64,000 nucleotides of DNA, from the NCBI GenBank assembly GCA_965215605.1, contig OZ244070.1:1664001-1728000 (forward strand), given 5' to 3'. This stretch comes from an uncultured Candidatus Binatia bacterium (GTDB lineage Bacteria; Desulfobacterota; Binatia; UBA9968; JAJDTQ01). Position 1 is the stretch's first letter; each line of letters opens with the position of its first letter. The notes under the pieces were generated by a model. It searched no databases, was not told the origin of the DNA, and saw only the letters and a program-made list of their open reading frames with translations. A program made the translations under genes and the position numbers. Below are positions 1 through 8,651 of this stretch, piece after piece.

Positions 1-126
1 CTCCGTCAGGACGTCCGCCACGTAGCCCGTCACCTCCGCGTCCCGGATCCCCAGCTCGCCGAAGCATCGCTGCGTCAGATTGAGGAAGAACCCCTGCAAT
101 CGATCTTTCGAAGTCATCTTTGTCAT
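1..126 (-). CDS. Conserved hypothetical protein, N-terminal part (runs off window start)
   Basis: Manual translation MTKMTSKDRLQGFFLNLTQRCFGELGIRDAEVTGYVADVLTE; open to the window edge; divergent from thiD. Confidence 0.6.
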   Translation of the reverse strand, partial: MTKMTSKDRLQGFFLNLTQRCFGELGIRDAEVTGYVADVLTE

Positions 127-247
127 GGCATCACCCGTGGCCGGGTATGCCATCAAGAAACGGCGGGGATGTCAAACTGAATTTCTTCGGGTTGACCCTG
201 CCGTGCATGGCTCGTAACCTGCGGAGGTCCGGTTCGGTGGCGCGCGC

Positions 248-1060
248 ATGAAGATCCACAAGGCACTGACCATCGCCGGCTCCGATTCGGGAGCTGGCGC
301 CGGCCTTCAGGCCGACCTCAAGACTTTCGCGGCGCTGGGAGTATACGGCACGTCGGTGGTCACGGCCATCACCGCCCAGAACACCATGGGCGTGACGCGG
401 GTGCTGGAAACGCCGGCAGCCATGGTCGCCGCCCAGATCGACGCCGTCATGGACGACATCGGCGCCGACGCGGTGAAGACCGGCATGCTCGCCAATGCCC
501 GCATCATCCGGACCGTGGCCGACAAGATCCGGCAGCACGGTGTCCAGCGCCTGGTGGTGGACCCGGTGATGGTGGCCAAGGGCGGCCACGCGCTGCTGCG
601 CCCGGACGCCATCCGGACGTTGAAGAGCCGGCTGTTCCCGCTGGCCGCCGTGGTCACGCCGAACCTCCCGGAGGCACAGGCGCTGACGGGCGTGGAGGGG
701 TCCGGGGTGCGCGCCATCAGGGAGATGGCCCGTCGCATCGTCGACATGGGCGCGGGAAGCGTCGTGGTGAAGGGGGGGCATCGGAGGGGCGCCGCTACCG
801 ATGTATTCCATGACGGCACGGTGTTCCACGAGTTTCCGGCCGTGCGGATACGGACGAAGAACACCCACGGGACCGGATGCACTTATTCAGCCGCCCTGGC
901 CTGCGCCCTGGCCCGGAACGAGTCCGTGGAAGCCGCGGTCGCCGAGGCCAAGGAGTTCATCACCCAAGCGATCCGGCTGGCATTCTCCATCGGCTCCGGG
1001 CACGGACCGGTGGATCACTTCCACCGTTACCGGGCTGCCGGCCGGACCCGCAGTTATTGA
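248..1060 (+). CDS. thiD: Hydroxymethylpyrimidine/phosphomethylpyrimidine kinase
   Basis: LTIAGSDSGAGAGLQADLKTF, VKTGML, VVDPVMVAKGG, THGTGCT motifs. Confidence 0.95.
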   Translation: MKIHKALTIAGSDSGAGAGLQADLKTFAALGVYGTSVVTAITAQNTMGVTRVLETPAAMVAAQIDAVMDDIGADAVKTGMLANARIIRTVADKIRQHGVQRLVVDPVMVAKGGHALLRPDAIRTLKSRLFPLAAVVTPNLPEAQALTGVEGSGVRAIREMARRIVDMGAGSVVVKGGHRRGAATDVFHDGTVFHEFPAVRIRTKNTHGTGCTYSAALACALARNESVEAAVAEAKEFITQAIRLAFSIGSGHGPVDHFHRYRAAGRTRSY

Positions 1061-1127
1061 AACGGGTGGCCTGCAACGGCCAAGTGGAGACCCATCTACT
1101 ATCACACCTTTGAATCACCCTCCTAGC

Positions 1128-1544
1128 GAGGCCGACATTGCCGAATTCATTCGCCGGCTCACCTTCAACACGCTGATCGGCAATGCCGACATGCACCTCA
1201 AGAACTGGTCCATGATCTATCCAGACCGACGCCGTGCGGCGCTCGCGCCGGCCTATGATCTGGTTTCGACGATACCGTACATCCCGGACCCAAAGGCCGC
1301 GCTTAACGTAAGCCGCACGAAGCGTTTTGATGAGTTCTCCGAGGACGAGTTGTCACATCTTGCCGCCAAGGCGCGCCTGCCGCGAAAGCCTGTCCTTGAT
1401 ACGGCGCGCGAGACCGTCGCACTCTTTCACCAGCACTGGAAAACGGCGAAGGCGGGCCTGCCGCTTGCCAGCGATGTCATCAAGGCCATCGAAAGACACC
1501 TGAAGACGATACCGATTGCCTGGTTCAACCGGGGGCGACCATAA
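1128..1544 (+). pseudogene. HipA-family kinase toxin, C-terminal fragment
   Basis: IGNADMHLKNWS and LAPAYDLVS motifs; no N-terminal domain or plausible start; begins about 70 nt after the thiD stop. Confidence 0.8.
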
Positions 1545-1555
1545 ACCGGCCCTAC
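1532..1555 (-). repeat. GTAG-type REP-like palindrome
   Basis: Minus strand reads GTAGGGCCGGTTTATGGTCGCCCC; similar to copies at 25652 and 55546. Confidence 0.45.
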
Positions 1556-1560
1556 ACCGA

Positions 1561-1653
1561 ATGGAGTCCCAAATGGATCAGGCACAGGCGAAAGCGGTCA
1601 AGCAGGAAGTGATCGCGATCCTCGATCGCCTCGACGCCGACGCATACATCTAA
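1561..1653 (+). pseudogene. Probable C-terminal remnant of an Xre/MbcA/ParS-type antitoxin
   Basis: Reads ...EVIAILDRLDADAYI*, ending 5 nt before a RES toxin gene; resembles the C-terminus of MbcA/ParS antitoxins. Confidence 0.5.
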
Positions 1654-1658
1654 CCGCG

Positions 1659-1991
1659 GTGCAAGGGAACAGACATCAGACCCGTCGCCGCATACGTGAT
1701 CGGCCGCTGCTCGACGCGTTGGAAGCCGTTGAACATTCTCCTCATTCGGGAACGGTGTGGCGGTCGGTCCGTGAGGGCCGCGATCCGCTTGCCTGCTGGC
1801 GGTCGGGCGGCCGCTGGGACGACGGGACGTTCGACGTGCAGTACACCTCGGAAACGCGCGAGACCGCCATCGCCGAGCGACGGTTTCATCTCTATCAGGG
1901 CCAACCCATTCCGCCTTCCAGGGTCCGATATGAACTATACGAACTCACCGTCTCTCTTGAGGCGGTCATCCGCTTCCCCGACCTAGCGTGA
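1659..1991 (+). pseudogene. RES-domain toxin, C-terminally truncated
   Basis: VWRSVREGRDP, GGRWD, YTS..AIAE motifs; 110 aa, lacking the C-terminal half with the catalytic Ser; stops against the convergent HEPN gene. Confidence 0.75.
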
Positions 1992-1997
1992 CACACT

Positions 1998-2660
1998 CTA
2001 AGCGACCACCGGGTAGAAAGGTCGTCCCCAGTTTTCCAACGGGTTGTCCAACATTACATCGACGAATACGGGAATGAGAAGGGCGAGAATAGCGGTGCCG
2101 TCGTGTACCTGAGTCCGGTTGATACTGCTGCGCCAGGTGGCGCCCCCATGCACGAGTTGGTTGCGGAGAATAGAGAGTCGGTCGAAGACCATGTCCAGGA
2201 CAAATTCCGTGTCCTGCCGTGAGAGGGCTTGGTGGAACCGACGCTTGGCGGTGTCGAACCGATCCTTCCAATCTTCCGTGCCCTTGATCCCGTTATGGTA
2301 CTGCCAGAATGGCCCGAACACGTACTTGTTCTCCATGAGCAGCCGTACGGGACCGGAGAAGCTCTTCCAAATCGCCTCGTAGATCCGTTGACCCCTGTCG
2401 AGGGACACTGCCTTTTGAAAGAAGTCGACGCGGAACTTCTGTTCGGAAGACGTGGGCTGCCAAAACACCCTCTCGTCAGCGTAGGCAGCATTGAAGGCAA
2501 TCCAGAAGAAAATGAAGCGGGCGTCGTTATCCTCTGCTCGCTCCGCCCGTTCGATCCAACTGATCGATCTATGGACGCGAAGGCGCAACGAATTTGGAAC
2601 CTCAGCGCCGAATCCTTGTTCTTTGGCTTTGAGAACCTCGTGGTTCAGGGGAGGTTGCAT
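1998..2660 (-). CDS. HEPN-domain protein (predicted RNase, defence-associated)
   Basis: RVHRSISW..FIFFWIAFNAAYA N-terminal block and Rx4H motif RNQLVH; lower GC than host genes. Confidence 0.75.
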   Translation of the reverse strand: MQPPLNHEVLKAKEQGFGAEVPNSLRLRVHRSISWIERAERAEDNDARFIFFWIAFNAAYADERVFWQPTSSEQKFRVDFFQKAVSLDRGQRIYEAIWKSFSGPVRLLMENKYVFGPFWQYHNGIKGTEDWKDRFDTAKRRFHQALSRQDTEFVLDMVFDRLSILRNQLVHGGATWRSSINRTQVHDGTAILALLIPVFVDVMLDNPLENWGRPFYPVVA

Positions 2661-2739
2661 GTGGAGTTGACCTGAATCCGATATAGTCGCGGTCCTTCGC
2701 CCAACAATCAGTGGCCTTGGGGTATTGGCTTTGTAGGCG

Positions 2740-2796
2740 GCCGAGACACGGGACTTCCATTTCTGCCGTCAGCATCCGCTCCGCCAACGCCTCCTC
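2740..2796 (-). mobile_element. Short remnant resembling an IS256-family transposase N-terminus
   Basis: Minus-strand translation EEALAERMLTAEMEV resembles the KALAERxLxAEM segment of IS256 transposases; very short. Confidence 0.4.
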
Positions 2797-3229
2797 AAGC
2801 GCCCGCAGTCACCTTTTCCCTTTTGGAGATCCAGTTGCCAATCGCGTCAACTATTTCAGTTGTCACCCCCGGCGTGCCCTGGATATTGTGATTGAAGCCG
2901 AGGACTTTGACGGTTCTGTAGAGTTTGACGCCGCAGAGCGTGTCCACCATTCCCCAGTATGCATATCCTTTTCGAACATCCGAATTCCAACGCAGGGACC
3001 AATCTGACATTTCTTGTTCCTTCAGACGAAGGCCAGTGATCTTCTTGGTCTGGTCAACGACGGCCCGCCCGTTAAGGATCAGGATCCGAATCCGAGAATC
3101 CCGAATGAGGAGACCGAGGAATTCATCAGGCACGTTGTCAAATAACACCCGCTGTTGGCATCGCTTGAGATCCGTCCACTTCTTTGCGGTGGCGTATGGG
3201 ACCAAGTCAAGGTGGCACGCACAAACAAC
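2795..3229 (-). pseudogene. C-terminal fragment of a hypothetical protein, possibly UDG-like fold
   Basis: ACHLDLVPYATAKKW and ILILNGRAVV segments; no start or N-terminus, frame begins directly after the DUF429 stop; low GC. Confidence 0.5.
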
Positions 3230-3958
3230 TCAACTCCGGACGGCGATGATGTACCCTTCGGCGTGATCGCCGATGATCTCGCAGCGAGTCTCTCCCCAGG
3301 TTTGGAAATACAATGCCATGTAGGCGCACAGCACGGCATCCAGCCGGTCCTCCAGCGACTTGAGGGCCGAGCCGCGCAATGCCCGGGGGTCGTCATCAAG
3401 CAGGCGGGAGAGCTCGGGCGACGGCAGCAGGGGAGGGTCCTGGCGGCTCAGGTGGGTCCCGATGGCCGTCTGGAAATCGGCCATGCCGGTTTGCCGGACC
3501 GCCACGGGGCCTTTCTTGTACTTGATAATGCGGGGCCGCTCGAAGAACGCCACCTGAACCAGGTGGGGAAAGATCTCGAGCTGCCGGCGGCCGTCGCGGC
3601 CGGGCAGCAACGGGTTCGACGAGAACCCCCTTCGCCGGAGCTTGCGGCATAACCGGATCGGCCGTTCGCAACGGATCCGGTTGGCCGGGTAAGCCCCCGC
3701 GTGATACCGGCCGAACCGGGCCGAGACCGTCTTGTCCGCGGGCCGGGACGTCCCGGGCGGATTCTTCGCGATGATGGGGGCGTCGATGCCCAGCCAGACG
3801 TCGTCCCCGCCGCGGGCCTCCACCCACTCGAGAATTTCGGTGTCGGTGGTGCGCCGGGCCGAGCTCACGAGGCGGCAGCCGGCATCCCCGGACACCAGAT
3901 GGGCCAATCCGGTCGGATTGCGGTTGCCCCAGGCCAGATCGATGCCAATGAAGTTCAT
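3230..3958 (-). CDS. DUF429 family protein (predicted RNase H-fold nuclease)
   Basis: FIGIDLAW, LGIDAPI, EIFPH, EDRLDAVLCAY motifs. Confidence 0.85.
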   Translation of the reverse strand: MNFIGIDLAWGNRNPTGLAHLVSGDAGCRLVSSARRTTDTEILEWVEARGGDDVWLGIDAPIIAKNPPGTSRPADKTVSARFGRYHAGAYPANRIRCERPIRLCRKLRRRGFSSNPLLPGRDGRRQLEIFPHLVQVAFFERPRIIKYKKGPVAVRQTGMADFQTAIGTHLSRQDPPLLPSPELSRLLDDDPRALRGSALKSLEDRLDAVLCAYMALYFQTWGETRCEIIGDHAEGYIIAVRS

Positions 3959-4001
3959 GACCAGGAAGGGAAAAGGGTATCGGCCCTTCCGGACGGGCGG
4001 T

Positions 4002-4607
4002 TTATCCGCCCGAACCGCGCCTGCGCAACTCGAAGGTCGGCTCTTCGCCCGCCATCAGGCGGCGGATGTTCTCCCGGTGGCGGACCATCACGAGGATTCC
4101 GATGACGAGGCTCATCCAGACTGTTTCCACCGGATAGGACAACGCCCATGCCACAACGGGGGCTGCCACGCCCGCCGCCATGGAAGCCAGCGAAACCCGC
4201 CGGCCAACGAGCATCACCAGGACGAAGACCCCCAGCACGACCAGGAGGCCCGGAGCCATGGCGCCAAGGTAGACGCCGGCGGCGGTGGCCACGCCCTTGC
4301 CGCCCTTGAAGCCCAGGAATACCGGGTAGAGATGACCCGCGAACGCGGCCAGACCGGCCGCGGCCGCCGCCGCGGCGCCGAGGTCCAGCAGGTGGGCCGC
4401 CAGGACCGGCAGAAAGCCCTTGGCGACATCGGCGAAGAGGGTAACGAGGCCCTTCTTCCACCCCAGCGTCCGCGCCACGTTGGTGGCGCCGATGTTGCCG
4501 CTGCCGGCGCTGCGCACATCCACCCCCGCGGACGATCCCAACAGGAACCCGGCGGGAACCGATCCCAGGAGATAGGACAGTAGGGTCAGGATGATCGGAG
4601 CAGCCAT
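4002..4607 (-). CDS. plsY: Glycerol-3-phosphate acyltransferase PlsY
   Basis: YLLGSVP, GSGNIGATNVAR, FKGGKGVAT, HRENIRRL; start set at MAAPII. Confidence 0.95.
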   Translation of the reverse strand: MAAPIILTLLSYLLGSVPAGFLLGSSAGVDVRSAGSGNIGATNVARTLGWKKGLVTLFADVAKGFLPVLAAHLLDLGAAAAAAAGLAAFAGHLYPVFLGFKGGKGVATAAGVYLGAMAPGLLVVLGVFVLVMLVGRRVSLASMAAGVAAPVVAWALSYPVETVWMSLVIGILVMVRHRENIRRLMAGEEPTFELRRRGSGG

Positions 4608-4614
4608 GGCGGAC

Positions 4615-4649
4615 AAAAAAAGGGAGGAAGCATGCGGGCTTCCTCCCTT
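4615..4649 (-). terminator. Rho-independent terminator after the cupin gene
   Basis: Minus strand AAGGGAGGAAGC-loop-GCTTCCTCCC followed by a T7 run. Confidence 0.7.
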
Positions 4650-4668
4650 GGTCACAAGCCCTTTTCGT

Positions 4669-5769
4669 TTAAGCCGCGGGCTTCGTGTACACGCCGGAAT
4701 CCATTCTCGACTCGGCCCCAAGCTTGGTCATATCAGCCTCGAACATCTCGCGGATGTACTTCGGCTGGTCGTAGTACTCGATCTGGTTCCCGCCGGACTT
4801 CACGTCCTTGTCGACCTTGGAGATGTCTCCGTAGCCCTCGCCCATGCTGTGCTTGATGCCGCCGAAACGCAACGGCAGGTAGCGCGCGCCGCTGGGGCCG
4901 AGGTTGAAGTGCTGGTGGAACATCATCTCCGGCGGCACGAACACGCTGCCGTCCTGCCAGTCGTAGCGCTTGGGCTCCTCGCCTTCCCACCAGAACAGCG
5001 AGAAACCCTGCCCTTTGATGATGATGACGTTGAAACCGGGCCCGTGGCGGTGGGCCTTCTTGTAGGTCCCTACGGGGAACTCCGAGATGTGCGCCGCCAT
5101 GGTGCCGTCGCACATTTCCAGGAAGACGTTCTTGCCGCCCGCGCCCCGCTCCTTCCACTCCTGGAGGTTGAAGGTGCGCGTGTCGGCGATGAAGTTGGTC
5201 TCCCAGATGCGGCCGGGATGCTGCGTGCCCTGGCTGGAGAAATAGTCCGGCCGCCCGTCGAAGCGGTCCGCGAAGTCGTAGGGCGTGTTGAAGATGAAGT
5301 CGTCGTTGTGGAACAGGCTGAAGACGATGGGCATGTTGTTGACGGAGAACAGCCGCGCCGGCTTGTCACCCTGGCCGTTGAAGTGCTGGTGATGTACGTT
5401 CAACGGGACCGAAATGAGGCTCCCTTCCTGCCACTCGAAGGTCTGCTTGGCGCCCTTGTCGTTCCAGATGGTGGTGGCGCCGCGGCCCTGCACCACCAGA
5501 ATCAGCTCTTCGTAGAGATGGCGCATGGGGTTCAGGCTCTTCCCCGGCGCGATCTCGACGATGTAGGCGCCGGTGGCGTCGCCCGCTCCCTCCATGTTGA
5601 AGAGGGTCCCGTCACCGCCCATGCGGTCCCACCACTTGAGCGGCACCTCCTTCAGGTCCTTGATGAAGAATGTCTCGACGACCGGGATTCCTTCGTCCTT
5701 CTGCCACTTGTAGAAGAAGGGGATGTTGTCCATCGTGGTGGTTTCAGTCTCTTGTGCCGGCTTGGCCAT
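4669..5769 (-). CDS. Bicupin protein (distantly gentisate-dioxygenase-like)
   Basis: Two cupin repeats: RHLYEE..HHQHFN and KAHRHGP..FHQHFN. Confidence 0.8.
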   Translation of the reverse strand: MAKPAQETETTTMDNIPFFYKWQKDEGIPVVETFFIKDLKEVPLKWWDRMGGDGTLFNMEGAGDATGAYIVEIAPGKSLNPMRHLYEELILVVQGRGATTIWNDKGAKQTFEWQEGSLISVPLNVHHQHFNGQGDKPARLFSVNNMPIVFSLFHNDDFIFNTPYDFADRFDGRPDYFSSQGTQHPGRIWETNFIADTRTFNLQEWKERGAGGKNVFLEMCDGTMAAHISEFPVGTYKKAHRHGPGFNVIIIKGQGFSLFWWEGEEPKRYDWQDGSVFVPPEMMFHQHFNLGPSGARYLPLRFGGIKHSMGEGYGDISKVDKDVKSGGNQIEYYDQPKYIREMFEADMTKLGAESRMDSGVYTKPAA

Positions 5770-5890
5770 GTGCTCCTCCGAATCTTCCAGTAAAATTCAA
5801 GAGCTATCTCTTACATGAGGCGTTTTGAAAATACAAGAACCGTCTGGGCGCCATGCCCCTGCGAGCAAATGCCTGCGGTCACGGACCGTC

Positions 5891-5932
5891 TTGACATACA
5901 GCAATTACTAATTTACCTATAAATTAGTAATT
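5891..5932 (+). promoter_or_regulatory. Fic promoter: TTGACA -35 followed by palindrome AATTACTAAT-N10-ATTAGTAATT
   Basis: TTGACA at 5891-5896; perfect inverted repeat at 5903-5932 in AT-rich DNA. Confidence 0.7.
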
Positions 5933-5947
5933 TTGCTGGAATCGCCC

Positions 5948-7291
5948 ATGAAGATCCCACAAACCCCGCCCAGCCTCACGGAGATACTCGCGAACCTGAA
6001 GGAGCCCGACCAGATCAGGCGGATGACCGAGATACTCGCAGGCCAGGGAATCAGCCCCTCACAGGGGAAGAAGTACCGGCATTGGGAAAACCTCCGTCGC
6101 GTCCAGTCCCCGACCGGACTCTCGTCCGAAGAATGGTGGGCGGCCGTGAAATTCGCCCGCCGCCAGACACGCAGGACCATTCCTCTGAAGGACAAGGACG
6201 GGAACGCCTTCGGCTACTGCCTCGCGGACCCCGTGCTCGAATCCCTGTATGAAATCGACCGGAACGTAAGCGGGAGAATCACGGCAACCGACCAGCTCCT
6301 GAATCCACAAACCCGGGACCGTTATGTCATGAGTTCCCTGATCGAGGAGGCCATCACTTCGAGCCAACTCGAAGGGGCCTCCACAACGCGCGACGCGGCA
6401 AAGCAAATGATTCGCTCCGGCCGAAATCCCATGAATCGAAGCGAGAGGATGATCCTCAACAACTACCGGGCGATCCAACGGGTCAAGGAACTCACCGCCC
6501 AGCCCCTCACCCCTGAGATCGTTTTCACGATCCACGAGACGCTGATCGATGGAACCCTCGGGGAAGACCAGACCGGCAACCATCTGCGGATACCGGGTGA
6601 CGGCGTCGCCGTCTATTACGACGGGGATGGAACCCTGCTCCATACTCCCCCGCCCGCGCGAGAGATCGCCCGTCGCATGGCCGCCATGTGTGAGTTCGCG
6701 AACAAGAAGCAGACGGACACCTTTCTGCACCCGATCCTCAAAGCGATTATCCTCCATTTCTGGCTTGCCTACGACCACCCCTTCGTCGACGGCAACGGCA
6801 GGACCGCAAGAGCACTGTTCTATTGGTCCGCACTCTCACAGGATTTCTGGATGTTCGAGTTTCTTTCGATTTCCGCCGTCATTCGGAGATCGCCCACCCG
6901 GTATGCCAAGTCTTTCCTCTACACCGAGACCGACGAGAACGATCTGACCTACTTTCTCTTGGCTCAGCTTCAAGTCATCCGGCAGGCCATCAAGGCCTTG
7001 TACACATACCTCGACAAGAAAGCGCGGGAGATTCAAAGCATCGAGAAGATTCTTCAATCCCAAATCTCGATCAACCACCGGCAACTGGCGCTACTCGGGC
7101 ATGCCCTGCGCCACCCGGGGGCGCGCTACACGATAGACACGCACAAAAAGACCCACAGAGTCACGTACCAGACGGCTCGGACCGACCTTCTCGATCTTTT
7201 CTCGCGGAACCTGCTCGTCAGGACGAAGACCGGGCAGTATTTCACCTTCACCGCGCCCTCTGACTTGGCGAAGCGGCTGACGGTCCTGTGA
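5948..7291 (+). CDS. Fic family protein (class II, C-terminal winged HTH)
   Basis: HPFVDGNGRTAR catalytic motif, SSQLEG inhibitory motif, C-terminal YQTARTDLLDL HTH-like segment; lower GC; alternative TTG start at 5933. Confidence 0.92.
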   Translation: MKIPQTPPSLTEILANLKEPDQIRRMTEILAGQGISPSQGKKYRHWENLRRVQSPTGLSSEEWWAAVKFARRQTRRTIPLKDKDGNAFGYCLADPVLESLYEIDRNVSGRITATDQLLNPQTRDRYVMSSLIEEAITSSQLEGASTTRDAAKQMIRSGRNPMNRSERMILNNYRAIQRVKELTAQPLTPEIVFTIHETLIDGTLGEDQTGNHLRIPGDGVAVYYDGDGTLLHTPPPAREIARRMAAMCEFANKKQTDTFLHPILKAIILHFWLAYDHPFVDGNGRTARALFYWSALSQDFWMFEFLSISAVIRRSPTRYAKSFLYTETDENDLTYFLLAQLQVIRQAIKALYTYLDKKAREIQSIEKILQSQISINHRQLALLGHALRHPGARYTIDTHKKTHRVTYQTARTDLLDLFSRNLLVRTKTGQYFTFTAPSDLAKRLTVL

Positions 7292-7326
7292 TCAATTACT
7301 AATTTATAAACAGATTAGTAATTGAT
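7291..7326. repeat. Second copy of the AATTACTAAT-N10-ATTAGTAATT palindrome, at the Fic stop
   Basis: ATCAATTACTAAT-TTATAAACAG-ATTAGTAATTGAT. Confidence 0.8.
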
Positions 7327-7441
7327 TGGTATGTTGTGGGACACGCTGTCCGACACACCCTTGTTTGACACCCTGGATCACGCTTCCCTATAGTCAGTCC
7401 TTCCGCTGCATAGCTGCATTCCAACTCCAGGGAGAACTCCA

Positions 7442-8629
7442 ATGTGGATCAACGAACCGCGGGCCAACCGCGTGCTGGCCGAGCGGGACCTCGACGGCCT
7501 GATGGCCGCCACCAACATTCCCAACGTCTTCTACCTGAGCGGGGTGTGGCGCCGGCAGGACATTGCCGCCGTCGTCACCCGGGACGCAGTCACGGCGCCC
7601 TGGCTGGTGATTCCCCGGGGCGAGGTGGACTACATGGTGGACACGGTGCCGCCCGCGGGGGTGGCCACCTACGGCACCTTCCACCGTGTCATGGAGGACA
7701 ACGGGCCGCTCACCCCTCGTGAGGAACGCATCCGCGAGATCGGCATCGACCTGGAGCCGGTGAAGGACTTCTTCGAGGGCCTCGTCCGCACGCTGGAGAA
7801 CGCCGGCCTCGACCGGAGCCGGCTCGGCTACGACGAACGGGGCCTGGACCCGGCGCTGGCCCAGCGGTTGAAGGAGCGGCTGCCGCATCTGGAGCTGGTG
7901 CCGGCCATGTCGGCGTTCCGGGAGATCCGCATGGTCAAGAGCGCCGCCGAGATCGAGCGCATGACCGAGGCGGTGCGGGTCACCGAGGAGTCCATCTACG
8001 AGGCCGCCCACGAGGCCCGGGAGGGCATGGCCGAGGCGGAGATGTGCATGGCCTTCGACCTGGGACAGGTGCGGCGCGGCGCCGAGCCCAACATGAACCA
8101 CGTGGGCTTCGGCCGGAGCGCCGCCCTGGGCATGACCAATGTGCCGGAAGACACGCTCAAGGTAGGCGACATGATCCGTTTCGACGTGGGATGCCTCTAC
8201 AAGGGCTACCTCACGGACATGTCGCGCACCTTTTTCTTCGGCTCGCCGGACAAGAAATTCTCCAGTTATTACAATGCCATACTTAAAGGCCAAGATCTGG
8301 CCCTAAGCCTCATCAAGCCGGGCAAGATCGCCTCGGAGATCTTCAACGACACGGTAGCCGAGGTACGCGAGACCGGCATCCCCCACTACGGCCGCCAACA
8401 TGTGGGACACGGCATCGGCCTGGGCCTCGGCGGCTACGACCGCCCCACCATCTCCCCCGGCGACGACACGCCGCTGGAGGCCGGCATGGTGCTGTGCATC
8501 GAGACCCCCTACTACGAGATGGGCTGGGGCAGCGTCCAGGTGGAAGACATGATCGTGGTGACCGAAGACGGCTACCGGCGGCTCACCTCGTCGCCTCGGC
8601 ACCTCCAGGTACTGGAGCCGCGTACCTGA
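7442..8629 (+). CDS. Xaa-Pro peptidase family (M24) protein
   Basis: FDVGC..DMSRT, HVGHGIG, CIETP, VEDM metal ligands. Confidence 0.9.
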   Translation: MWINEPRANRVLAERDLDGLMAATNIPNVFYLSGVWRRQDIAAVVTRDAVTAPWLVIPRGEVDYMVDTVPPAGVATYGTFHRVMEDNGPLTPREERIREIGIDLEPVKDFFEGLVRTLENAGLDRSRLGYDERGLDPALAQRLKERLPHLELVPAMSAFREIRMVKSAAEIERMTEAVRVTEESIYEAAHEAREGMAEAEMCMAFDLGQVRRGAEPNMNHVGFGRSAALGMTNVPEDTLKVGDMIRFDVGCLYKGYLTDMSRTFFFGSPDKKFSSYYNAILKGQDLALSLIKPGKIASEIFNDTVAEVRETGIPHYGRQHVGHGIGLGLGGYDRPTISPGDDTPLEAGMVLCIETPYYEMGWGSVQVEDMIVVTEDGYRRLTSSPRHLQVLEPRT

Positions 8630-8651
8630 ACGTCGAGCGATCCAGATCCAT

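Noticed and set aside
126-247. Possible TPP riboswitch upstream of thiD (hairpin TGGCAT..ATGCCA)
   Set aside because: No CTGAGA or other TPP aptamer core; short divergent promoter region only
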